From positions 15,934,001 through 15,998,000 of the forward strand of contig CDPCPM010000045.1 of assembly GCA_976551045.1 (NCBI GenBank): DNA of 64,000 bases. Direction: 5' to 3'. Every line of letters starts with the position of its first letter. The stretch's first letter is position 1. This DNA comes from Glaucostegus cemiculus. Lineage: Eukaryota. Below, piece by piece: positions 1 to 11,949 of the stretch. The position numbers and the translations under genes were made by a program. Under the pieces are notes generated by a model. It ran no database searches, was not told the DNA's origin, and saw nothing but the letters and a program-made list of their open reading frames with translations.

Positions 1-675
1 CAGGAAGGGGAAGGTGGGAGAACACATACCAGTCCTTGTCGAGGGGTCATCGGTGGAAAGGGTGAGCAGTTCAAGTTCCTGACATCAACATCTGTGAGGA
101 TCAGTCTTGGGCCCAACACAGTGATGCAGTCATGAAGAAGGCACACCAGGGGCTCTATTTCATTAGGACATCGAGGAGATTTGGTATGTCACCAAAGACT
201 GTTGCAAATTTCTGCAGATGTATGGTGGAGAGCATTCTGACTGGTTGCATCATCACCTGCTATGGAGGCTCCATTGTGCAGGATCGAAAGAGGCTGCAGA
301 GGGTTGAAGACTCAGTCAGCTCCATCACAGGCACCACCCTCCCTGCCGTTGAGGACATCTTAAAGAGGCAGTGCCTCAAGAAGGCAGCAGTGATCATTAA
401 GGACCCTCACCTTCTGAGATATGCCCTCCTCACGTTACTACCATCAGGGAGGAGATATAGGAGCCTGAAGACCCACACTCAGCATTTCAGGAACAACAAC
501 TTCTGTTCTGCCATCAGATTTCTGAATGGTTCATGAATCCATGAACACTACCAAGTTAATGCTCTTTTGCACTATTTATTTTTGTAACTTATAGTAATTT
601 TTGTCTTGAACCTGTACTGCTGCTCCAAAACAAATTTCACAACATATGTCAATGATAATAAATTTGATTCTAATC
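1..675 (+). mobile_element. Rex1/Babar-like non-LTR retrotransposon 3' fragment
   Basis: ORF 132..536 (KKAHQGLYF..., ESILTGCI, LPSGRRYRS) is the typical Rex-Babar ORF C-terminus, followed by aataaa and a gattct-type tail near 660-672. Confidence 0.8.
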
Positions 676-959
676 GTTCATCCCAAAGGTGTCTGCATTT
701 TTGTTCCTCCCATCCACAATGCCCCTTGGTATAAAATATTTTCAACAGTTGGAGATAATACAAAATTCAGCAGTGTCTGTGCAAAGTGATTTGTATTGGG
801 GCAATGTTTTTTGTTGCTAAGCTTTTGGTAGTATTGTATTGAAACAATACTTTATTGGCTGTCCCTTTGGAATCAATGATGACTTGTTTCTGTGGGTTCT
901 GAGGTGATTGAGCAAATAGGAGACAAGCAGGCATTTCCACAACAGTTCAGAAAGTGCTT

Positions 960-2060
960 CATAAGGTGGTAAGGTGGGTAGCACCTTCTCATAGCAAAAA
1001 TGCTGCATTACAGGCAACATCCTGGTAAATCTACTCTGCACCCTCTAATGTATCATTGCTATGATGGGGAGAGTGGAACTGCACACCAGCTGTAGTCTAA
1101 CCAATATTTTATATACTTTCCTTCCTTTGTATTTGTGTCCCAGCTAATGAAGGCAAGAATCCCACGTGCCACCTGAAACAACTTATCTATCTGTGCTCCT
1201 GCCTTCTGAGATCCTTGGACATGTACACCAAGGTCCATCTGTTCTCAGTAATTGCTGGAGCCCTACCAATCATCATGTATTGCCTCACATTTTTCAGGAG
1301 TAAGTTCTGTTGCTTTGACCATCTTTCCAATTCATCAACATTGTTCTGTAGCCAAAGACTACTCTCCTCCCCATCCACAATCTCCAATTTTCATATCATC
1401 TGTGAAGTTACTAATTATCCATCCTGCATTTACGTCCAGATCATTTAATGTATATAATGAATAGCAAGACTCTCAGCACCAATATCTCAGGTGCACCATT
1501 GGTTTTAGGCTTTCAGTTGCAAACACCCCAGCCATCACCTTACGCCTCCTATCGCCAAGTCAGTTTTGGATCCAGTTTGAAAAATTGCCCTGGATCCCAT
1601 TGGCTTTTACCTTCTGGTCTAGTGGGACCTTGTCAAAGGCCTTACTGAAGTCCATGCGGACTACGTCAATTGCACAACCCTCATTAATGCAGTTAGTCAC
1701 CTCCTTAAAATTCAATGCAGTTAGTGAAACACAACCTTAAACTATTCAAACTATCCTTGATTAATCCCTTTCTCTGCAAGTGCAGGTTAATCGTGTCCAT
1801 AAGAATTTTTTCCAGTAATTTCTCTACCTCTGATGTTAGACTTGTCATTCTGTAATTACTGACTTATCTTTGCTGCCCTTCTAAATATACCACATTCATA
1901 TATCTCCAGTCATCTGACATCTCTCCTGCAGCTAGAATGGATTCAAAAACTTCTGTCAGAACTTCAAAAGTCTCCTCATTACCTTGCAAAGCAGCCTGGG
2001 TTGCATCCCCTCAGGCCCTTGGGGTTTATCTGCTTTTAAGCCCACTAAGACATCTAATAA
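960..2060 (-). mobile_element. Old degenerate CR1 LINE fragment(s)
   Basis: Minus-strand remnants QSRFTRMLP and IVDGEESSLWLQNNVDEL resemble CR1 ORF2. Many stops, boundaries approximate. Confidence 0.65.
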
Positions 2061-2412
2061 CTTCTGCCAGTGAATTAGGAGGGTTTTGCAGATACAATGT
2101 TGATATTCTTCAGTGTTTGGAGGTGCCTGCTGTAGGCAGGCCATATCTCAAGTATACTAGTGGAGAAGAATCACTGTTATACAGTAGACCATGAGTTTTC
2201 TGCTGTGTTTCAGTGCTGATCTTTAAATGCTTTTTTGTCAGATAGCTGAAGGCTGTGCAGGTGCTTCATGAGTGACGCTTTAAAGAACTTTATCATTGAT
2301 GTCTACTTTAACAGAGAAGTGGCCCCTGAGATACGGAAGTGGTTCTGGTTCTCATCATGGACCTATTTGTTTTTTGCCAAGGACATTTGTATTGCTGATG
2401 AGCTCTAGTTTC

Positions 2413-2810
2413 TCAGAATCAGTTTTATTGTCACTACCATATACACATACAGTATGCATAGGAGCAAAATACTGTACTCTACAGGTCAAGGTGCACGTCA
2501 CATTAAGAAAAAGAGAAACAGACACTGAGAAACAAAGACAGAGAGACACTAAAAACATTCGAACCACAAAATTAAATTGTACAACTTAAATAATCTTAAA
2601 GTGAATGTACTGGCAGCGGACATTTAAAGTGCTGGTGTGTTTCTGTATGCCTAGCATCCTTTAGTGTTGGCTGGAGTGATGGAGGGATGAGGGAGTTCAT
2701 AGTTCTAAGAGTTTGTGGGAAGAAGCTATTGCACAGTCTAGTTGTCCTTGCCCGGATGCACTTGAGCCTTCTTCCAGACGGCAAGAGTGTGAAAAGATGG
2801 TAAGAGTGAA
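2413..2810 (-). mobile_element. Rex1/Babar-like 3' fragment (related to 3929-4582)
   Basis: ORF 2596..2784 PSGRRLKCIRARTTRLCNSFFPQ. Minus-strand aataaaactgattctga tail. Confidence 0.85.
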
Positions 2811-3928
2811 GGGATTCTCATAAGTTTTAGTGAATGTCGATGATGACTTGGAGTTCAGCCACCAAACACAAGCATTTGCAAGAATTGACTGTGCTAGGTA
2901 ATGTTGAAAGGAAAATTAAAAAAAACTATAGATGCTGGAAATCTAAAACAAAAATAGAAAATGCTGGAAGCAGTTGGCAGGTTGGCCAGGAGCTTTGGAA
3001 GGAGTGAACTCGGGGGGGAGAAGAAGGTTGGTTTTCAGTTGGACTTCCTCTGATCCTTCCAACTATGTTCTTGGACACAATCTTGCCCCAGCTTCTGACC
3101 ACACTCCAACCTGGCTTGTGCACCTGCCCATGCTCTGGTTCTTGGCTGCTCACTTGCCCACAACTCAGGCCATGCTACAGCCCCCATTCCTCGTCTGCAC
3201 AAATTGGAAAACCTCAATTAGCCTAGGAGCTGCACTGCAGTGAATAGGGTAATTTGGTGTGCAATTTTAACTTGAAGAGACCCCAGAAGCCAAATATTCA
3301 GTGAGGTGGTACTGTTCAGCAGAAATGGTGAGAGAAATAGGAGTAGCAATGGAGGGAAGGTCAAAGCAAGAGGAAGGATGAGAGGTGGGGCACAGGCAGG
3401 CACTGGTCTAGCCTATACCAGATTGTCCAACAGCAGTTCCCAGCTTCCTCAGCCTTTCAGCTTTTGTCCCCCTCAGATCATGCACCTGACCTGCTCCTCT
3501 CTGCTTCTAACCCCAAATGGCCTTCCCACTTTCTCCTCCTCCTCTTCTCTGCTGGCTCATTCCACCTCCCCCTTGCCAGCACTCCCATCCTACCAACTAG
3601 GTGGTCCTCCACCCCAGCGCAACTCCCACCACTACTTCCCTTTCTTTTCTACTTCTCCCCTACCTACCAACCTGTGGTGCTTCAGCCCTTCCTTTCCACA
3701 CCTGATTTCTAGCACTGATACATCATATTTCCCCTTCCTTGACAATGCTCTGACCCTTCCTTCCAATCACCTTTCTTTGCCCGCATTTCAATCTGTTCCT
3801 TCAAGTCCTACACCCACCCTCCCCATTACTCCTCCCACTGTGCCTGCCTCCATCTAGCCCTCTACCCAATCCCACTATCCAACTGTAACAATATTATTCT
3901 ATATATTGGTTTGTATTATTTTGGGAGA

Positions 3929-4582
3929 AGACTGAGGAAAGCGAACTCTCATCCCTCAGTTATGAAAACTTTCTATAGAGGGACCATTGAGAGCATCTTA
4001 ACCCAATGTATCACTGTTTGGTTTGGAAGCTGCTCAGCTGCTGGGCGGAAGTCCCTCCAGAGGATAGTTAGGGCTGCGGAGAGGATCATAGGTGTTTCTC
4101 TTCCATCCATCGCAGACATATACAAGGACCGTTGTGTTAGGAAGACCAAAAATATAATGGTGGATCCTTCTCACCCCTCCCATCATCTCTTTACAATTTT
4201 GCCATCTGGGAGGAGGCTCAAGTGTATCAGGGCGAGAATGACCAGGCTGAGCAGTAGCTTCTTTCCGCAAGCCATCAGAACTGTGAACTCTCTCATTCCT
4301 CCATCTTCCGTGTTAACACTAAGAGATGCTAGGTGCACAGAAATGCACCAGCACTTTAAATGCCCGCCACCAGCCCGTTCACTTTAATAACTATTTATTT
4401 AATTACCTGCCGTATTTAATTTAAACTTCCGTAGTTTTTAATGTTTTTTTTGTTCAGTGTGTCTGTGTGTCTCTGCTGTTTGTTATTTAATGGGACGAGC
4501 ACCTGAGGAGGACGGTATCTCGCTCCTATGCATACTATGTACGTATATGGTTGTGACAATAAAACTGATTCTGATTCTGATC
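3929..4582 (+). mobile_element. Young 5'-truncated Rex1/Babar-like element
   Basis: Uninterrupted ORF to 4387 (FYRGTIESILTQCITVWFG...LPSGRRLKCIRAR), 3' UTR, aataaaa then (ctgatt)n tail. Confidence 0.9.
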
Positions 4583-4920
4583 TAGGAGTGTAATATTGTT
4601 TTAGCATTTTGCATGTGTCAATGTACCTTTTATTTATGATACCTGAATGTAAATGTCAATCTTGTTTTTATGAAAGCAGGTATAAAGGTTATCTGTACCT
4701 GGAAACTTGCTGAAATCTGACTTTATGCAAATTCTCCCATATATTTTTTAAGCATTTTTCAAGACTGTAGTAGTAATAATAAAATCTTTTGTGGTGTACA
4801 TTAATGACTGAATACAGTATTCCATTATTTTAATTATGGGTAGTGTTAGGTTGAATATTAAATGAAAGAATTATAGCAAGTGTATGTAGAGCAATGTGAT
4901 TTGAGCAACTATAGAAAATG

Positions 4921-5001
4921 GACATTCCTGACTTACGGAGAAATCAGTTTATGGGAAGTTCTCGGGAACAGAACCTTTATGTAACCTGGAGACTGCCTAT
5001 A
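4921..5001. mobile_element. Possible single end of a Tigger/pogo-like DNA transposon or MITE
   Basis: ...gtaacctggagactgcctata resembles Tigger-type termini followed by TA. No partner end found. Confidence 0.3.
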
Positions 5002-7149
5002 TATGAAAGTAATTGAGTTTACAAAGTATCTAATGTGCCTTCTATCTTGTCTTACCAGTTTATTTTCTATTAGAGACCATATCCCAATTATTTTATTCAC
5101 ATAGTGGCAGACTGAGGTAATTTACTGCTTTGTTTCAGAAAGCACATTTCAGCCAGCTTTTCATTGGCTAGGCATTACTGAAATCTACAGTTTTTTTTGC
5201 CAAGTCATAACCTGCACACAGACTATTTGGACGTTCATTCTATTTTGCCACGTGAATCTAGCATCTAGGAGGGAGTGATGCAGTTTTCTACATTTAGGAG
5301 TTTCAGCAAAGAAGAAGAAGATGATGTTTTTATCTTGAGTTCACCCTTAAAGGTATAGTAAAAAAATACTTCCCTAGCTTTAGGCTATGTCTAGGTTGCA
5401 GAATTTCTATGTAAACCTCTGTTGTATGCTGTTAGGATGCATTTGTCCCCACCAAATATAATTGTACAGCAGTACTTAAAAATAATTGTGAACTGGTTAC
5501 GTGTCTTTTTAACTAATTTCAAATAGCTTGTCTGTACAATTTTAGAATGCTTTTGTATATGAATTTTTTTTTGTTTTCTGTTTTGCAAAAGGAAAGCTGC
5601 CTTATGTAATGGGTTACGCAGTTTTTTTGGATTTCATCATACAAAAATTGTTTGCAGAGGAACTATGTAATTTAAACAAAATCTTAATTTACTTTATTTT
5701 GCATCAAATTCACAGTATTTTCATAAAGCCCTTGATGTGCTGTTTAATAAGATGAAGCTTATCACCTGATGTATGTAGTACTAAATGCTTGTGGTATTTT
5801 GGCTTGCAAGAAAGAAAATGGTACAAACTAAAACCTTGTTAATTCTGTAATAAGTTTTAGTGTTTACCATTTTGTTGGGTATATGCTTTAAAATTCTGTC
5901 TTGCCCAATTAAAAACTAGGACAGTATGACAAGAGCAGAGCATGAGTTTTATCTAGAAAGCAGACAGTGCCCTGCTGACAATTTAACTTGGCTGCATGTA
6001 CTCTGCATTTTCATTGATGTTGAAAAATAGGATGCAACGCTTTGTTTTCATCAATAGTTGATGCCCAACAGTTTGAGAATAAAAGCTAAATTTGTATCAA
6101 TTCTATTATAATGCATTTCTAATCAAAATCTTGCAGAAGTGCATACTGAAATGAAAATATTAGGGTAACCTATGGGTCAGCAATTCTCTTCATAACACAT
6201 CTGGGGATTTTTAAGCACAGCTTTTTTGATGTATGGTGAATGGTTACATATTTCTACCCCGAACCATTAAACAATGTAAAAATATTAACTAAAAGACAAG
6301 AATTGAAACATAGATGTAATATTTATTCAGATAGTTAATTACCAGTATCTGCATTCAGCTTGTGACCAAGTGCTTCCTGTTTAAAAACAGAGAAGCTGTA
6401 TAATGTAATTAAAATGTTTTTCCTTAAGCATTATTCTATTTCCACAACTCAAATTCTGCTATGGCTCATACAGCCAATTGGTTTTTTTTTGATTTTCAGC
6501 ATACTGCAAAAAAATAAAACTAGTAATACTTAATTTGCAGTTACTTTTCATCAACAGCTTGAGTTGAAGTATTTAACTTTATAGCTATTGCTTAGGCAGT
6601 TACATGGCAAAAGTGCTGACATAGGGTTTATATACTTAAATTTGAAATGGTGTAAATAATGAGTAATTTCAAACAAATTCTTCTTTTAATCTGCACTGGG
6701 CATTTAACTGTCACACAAAGGCTTCTGTTACTCCAATTCATAGTCATTAACATTTGTACCAAACCACAAATAGAGTTAGCGAGCAGAAAGAAGTTTGAAT
6801 TTGTTTTGGTGTGAAGAAAGTACCAGTTGGAGTGCCTTATGAGTGTATTGCTAATATCACTGTTAGTTCTAATATGTACCTCAGTGCAAAGTGTTCATAT
6901 TTGCAGACACTACAAGATCAGGAGAAAAGATGGAACTGGAAAGTAGAAGTTGTGAAATGAGTTGGATAAAATATTAAATTGGTCAAAAAATGGTAGATGA
7001 AATTTAATACAATGCAAGTTACTGCACGTGGGAGAAAATAACAAGTAGGGCATAAATAATGAAGTAGTTTCAGGATGGTAGACAAGATCTTTGAGATTTG
7101 ATGCTTAATGTACCATTTGGCCCTTCAAGCTGCCTTCACCATTATGGTC

Positions 7150-7422
7150 ATGCTTCTTTAAAAACAAAGCAAATCAGAAGATGTGATTCAATAAACAATC
7201 TGCTGGAAGAACTCATCAGGTCAAAGCAACATCCGTGCGGTGCGGGTGGTGGGAGGAAGGAAAGAATTGTTGACATTTTAGATCGAAACCCTGCATCAGG
7301 TCCTGCAATGGATTGCAACTCCTGCATCCCCCCACCCCACCCTACTGATGCTGCTTGACCTGCTGACTTCCTCTAGCAGATTGTTGCTCCAGATTACAGC
7401 ATCTGCCGTCTCTTGTGTCTCC
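7150..7422. mobile_element. Two head-to-head Penelope-like pLTR/3' fragments forming a short inverted repeat
   Basis: 7192-7232 (aacaatctgctggaagaactcatcaggtcaaagcaacatc) is the approximate reverse complement of 7347-7386 (gatgctgcttgacctgctgacttcctctagcagattgtt). Same motif as the tail of the GIY-YIG-bearing copy at 52900-52990. Confidence 0.6.
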
Positions 7423-7867
7423 AGAAGTTGTGATTGTTATTTTGTAAAGCATAACATCTACCTTTCTGTGAAATATGTTTTAAAAGATACAGATTTTACA
7501 AAAGCCAACATCTCTAGACAAATGTTCATATTGATGTTGGAAAGCAATTCAAAAATTAGAACAGTAGGAGAAAATAACAGATTTAGATGTGTTACATTAA
7601 GCTTTCTTGGAAAATGTTTAAATTAAATGATTTAGTTAAAATGCATATACCAAGGAATAGGAGAATTGGAAAATGGTGCAGCAAGAGGCCTGAAATCAAC
7701 TAAAGTCTTGTACCTTGCTGATCCAAAAGGTTTTGTTCCCAAAAAACCTTGCTCTCTTATTTCCAATGATCATTAATATCTGTTTTTTTTGTTCTGGATC
7801 TTTACAAATAAAGCTTTGTCCTTAAGCTAGTATAATACATAGTGAGTTTGAGAGTTGATGTGTAATT

Positions 7868-10249
7868 CAATAGACAATAGACAATAGGAGCAGAAGTAGA
7901 CCTTTCGGCCCTTCGAGTCTGCTCCGCCATTTTGAGATCATGGCTGATCATCTACTCTCAATAACCTGTTCCTGCCTTGTCCCCATATCCCCTGATTCCC
8001 CTATCTATAAGAAACCTATCTAACTCTTCCTTGAAAGTGCCCAGTGTATTGGCCTCCACTGCCCTCTGAGGCAGTGCATTCCACAGATTTACCACCCTTT
8101 GTGAGAAGAAGTTTCTCCTCACTTCTGTCCTAAATGGCATACCCTTAATTCTTAGCTCATGCCCTCTGGTCCTGGATTTCCCCAACATCTGGAACATATT
8201 TCCTACCTCTATCCTGTCCAAACCTTTAATAATCTTATAAGTCTCAATCAGATCCCCTCTTAATCTTCTCAATTCTAGCGTGTACAAACCCAGTCTCTCC
8301 AACCTCTCAGCATAAGTCAGTCCTGACATCCCCGGAATTAACCTTGTGAACCTACGCTGCACACCCTCTATAGCCAGGATATCCTTCCTTAATCCCGGAG
8401 ACCAAAACTGTACACAATACTCCAGCAGTGGTCTCACCAGGGCCCTGTACAAATGCAGAAGAACCTCTTTGCTTTTGTACTCAATTCCCCTTGTAATACA
8501 GGCCAACATTCCATTTGCCTTCGCAACTGCCTGCTGTACTTGCTCATTCACTTTCAGTGAATGATGCACACATACTCCTAAATCCCTTTGTTTTTCCCCC
8601 TTGCCAAGCTCCACACCATTCAGAAAATAATTCGCCTTCCCGTTCCTGTTCCCAAAGTGAATAACCTCACATTTTTCCACATTAAACTTCATCTGCCAAG
8701 TTTCTGCCCATTCACCCAACCTATCCAAGTCCCTTTGAATTTTCCTTACTTCCTCTACACTTGTTGCACTCCCACCCAACTTTGTATCGTCAGCAAACTT
8801 GCTAATGCTATTCTCAATGCCTTCCTCTAAATCATTAACATAAATCGTAAAAAGCTGAGGTCCCAGCACAGAGCCCTGTGGCACCCCACTAGTCACGGCC
8901 TGCCACTCTGAGAAACATCCATTCACCCCTACTCTTTGCTTCCTATCTGCCAACCAGTTTTCTATCCATGCTAATATCCTCCCTCCAATTCCGTGCGCCC
9001 TAATCTTACACACCAATCTCCTGTGCGGCACCTTATCAAATGCCTTCTGAAAGTCGAGATATACAACATCCACTTGTTCCCCCTCATCTACTTTCCTGGT
9101 TACCGCCTCAAAAAATTCCAATAGATTAGTCAAGCATGATTTGCCCTTGGTAAATCCATGTTGACTCGACCCAATCCTATCATTGCTGTCCAAATATGCC
9201 ACTATCTCATCCTTAATAATGGATTCTAGCATCTTCCCCAGCACAGACGTGAGGCTAACTGGACGGTAGTTCCCCGTTTTCTCCCTCCCTCCTTTCTTAA
9301 AAAGTGGGACAACATTAGCCACTCTCCAATCCTCAGGAACTGACCCCGTATCTAAAGAACAACGGAAAATGATCACTAATGCATCCACAATTTCTAGGGC
9401 CACCTCCTTAAGTACCCTGGGATGCAGACCATCCGGACCCGGGGATTTGTCCGTCTTCAGTCCCATTAGTCTACCCATCACCATATCCTTCCGAATATCA
9501 AACCACTTCAGTTCATCTGTCACCCTCTGCCTTTTTTCCAACCGTACTTCTGGGAGATTTCTTACGTCTTCCCCAGTGAAGACAGACCCAAAGTACTTAT
9601 TTAATTCGTCCACCATCTCCCTGTTTCCCGTAATTATCTCACCCGATTCAGTCCTCAAGGGCCCGACATTGTTCCTAACTAACTTCTTTTTCTTTACATA
9701 CCTAAAAAAACTTTTACTATCCTTCTTAATATTCCTGGCCAGCCTGCTTTCATACCTTATTTTCTCTTTCCTAATTACTTTTTTAGTTAAATTCTGCTGC
9801 ACCTTAAAAATTTCCCAATCTTCTGTCTTCCCACTCAGCTTAGCTCTGCTATACCTCTTCCTTTTTAACACAATGCTATCTCTGACCTCCTTTGTCAGCC
9901 ACGACAGCCCCTTTCCCCTCCTTGAGTCTTTCCTTCTCCGAGGAATGAACCGATCCTGCACCTTGTTCATTATTCCCAAGAACACCTGCCACTGCTGTTC
10001 CACTTTCAATTCCGCTAGGATGCCCTCCCAGTCAACTTTAGCTAGCTCCTCCCTCATGGCTCCATAGTCTTCTTTATTCAACTGCAACATTGACCCTTCT
10101 GATTTGCTCTTTTCCCTCTCCAATTGCAGATAAAAACTTATCATATTATGGTCACTACCGCCCAATGGCTCCTTTACCTCAAGTTCCTTTACCAAATCCT
10201 GCTCATTACACAGCACTAAATCTAGTATAGCCTTCCCCCTGGTCGGCTC
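7868..10249 (-). mobile_element. Young 5'-truncated CR1 LINE with uninterrupted ORF2 (end of APE endonuclease + complete RT)
   Basis: ORF 7958..10312: PTRGKAILDLVL, GSDHNMI, KSPGPDG, NYRPVSLTS, QHGF, YLDFQKAFDKV, GVPQGSVLGP, KFADD, QRRFTRLIPG. 3' UTR ends in a (ctattgt)n tail. The first ~21 aa of the ORF are flanking DNA. Confidence 0.97.
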
Positions 10250-11749
10250 AAATAGTTTTGGGTATTTCTTGACCACAGTGACACTGTTAATGCTACAAAG
10301 TAGTCTTTTCAAGATTAGTTCAGAATGTCCTGCCTATAGATTGACCCAAAGCCTGGATTTTATCTTGAGTATATTGAATCATTTTAATTTGGCTTTCTGT
10401 TTACTGTTTTATCAAGATACAAATTTAGCCAAGGCAGGTGATTATATCGTCAGCTTCAAGACCTTATTGTTGCTAACTTCTGTGTAACATTGGCAACTAA
10501 GTGTCAAAATTTGTTTCACATTGGCCTTGCCCCTCTCTCTGGCAATATTCCATGGAGCTATCACTTGTAAAGCAGCACTATGGTGTGGACCATCAGGTCA
10601 AGAAGAGTTGATGGTTCCAATAATTTCTCCAGCAATATTTCTTTACTGATAGAATTTTGAGCTGAGATCCTAAATTAAGACCCTTTTATATCTGTTCAAT
10701 TGCACATGAAAGTACTTGAAACTATTTGGATACAAATCAAAAGATATAGTGATTCACCTTCCTACAGTCAAAATTACCCAAATCAGATCAGTAAGCATTT
10801 AACGAACTGCAACTAATCAAAATCTACCATATGTAAAATGCAATTAGATGAGTTTGTCTTCGTACAAGTGCCACAACTCATTGTTGATTTTCTTACAGTC
10901 ATGCAGCACAGAAACAGGTTCTTTGGCTCACCAAGGCAACCATAATCACCCATCTATATTAATCCTATTTACCAAAACTTGGTCTGTAACCTTCTGTTCA
11001 GGTGCTTGTCCTGATACTACTCAAATGTTGTGAGTACCAGTTTCCACCACCCATTTGGGCAGTGCACAGATCCCCTTTAGACTAATTACCTCGTACCCTA
11101 AACTTGTGCCCTTCGATAGAAATATCTGTTATAGGGAAAAGTTTCCTATAATCTATTCCCCTGGGTAATTTTTTTTCCATGTGAGTTTAAAGTATATTTA
11201 GCTATTTAAAGATGAGGTGAAATGTTATGTAAATGCAAATCTGTTGTTTTATTCTACATTACTGATTCTATTTTAAATTGCTGTTGGGGCATTGCAGCAT
11301 TGGTAAGGTTGCATCAGATATATTTACAGCTTTCCACTTTGTTCAGTGTAGCAATATGCTGTACACTTACTATCTGGAAATTTCCTTTACAGTTGAGCAA
11401 TCTTACTTTATATTTCACTAATCGGTGCTAAATACTGGTATAATTTAATCAATTGAAACCTCATCCTGTTATTTCTGTATATCAACCAAAGCTGTACTAT
11501 ATAAAGGCTTACTCAATTTAACTCCTTTCCTTTTGTCACCACCACCCTCCCCCAACTCATTTTAAACTTAACGTTTTTGTTGCAACATTTGGCATTGTGT
11601 CACCAGGGTTGTCAAGGCTTAATTCTGCGTGCTGCTATTCTTGCATTGATCAAGCAAAAAAAACAAGAAGTGTTAGAAAACTCTATACACAGTATCATCT
11701 GGAAGTATTCTTCATGTTTAGATTCTCGGTAGGCTCACCCTTCCATTTT

Positions 11750-11945
11750 CTACCCTTCTAGGTACCCATCTGCATTAATCCCATCTTCCAGTACTTGTCC
11801 GTAGCTTTCTATGCCTAGACAATTCAAGTGCTCGTCTAGACACTTAAGTGCTGTCAGTGACTCTGCTTCACCACTCTCTCAGACAGTGTATTCTAAGTAC
11901 TCACCACTCTCTAGGTCAAGAAGATCCCCTTCAGGTCTCCTCTAA
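11750..11945 (-). mobile_element. Old CR1 3'-end fragment
   Basis: Minus strand reads like the CR1 C-terminus/3' UTR (gacctagagagtggtgagtacttagaatacactgtc... similar to the TQRVV..WN.LP region). Confidence 0.5.
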
Positions 11946-11949
11946 ATCA

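Noticed and set aside
3306-3857. 183-aa Pro/Ser-rich ORF
   Set aside because: Arises from pyrimidine-rich low-complexity, probably TE-derived DNA; no domain or splice support.
9369-10067. 232-aa + strand ORF
   Set aside because: Antisense shadow of the intact CR1 ORF2; S/F/L-rich with no independent motif.
10250-10312. Apparent N-terminus of the 784-aa ORF
   Set aside because: CR1 similarity stops at about 10249; these codons are chance open flanking DNA, so this is not a host-TE fusion gene on present evidence.
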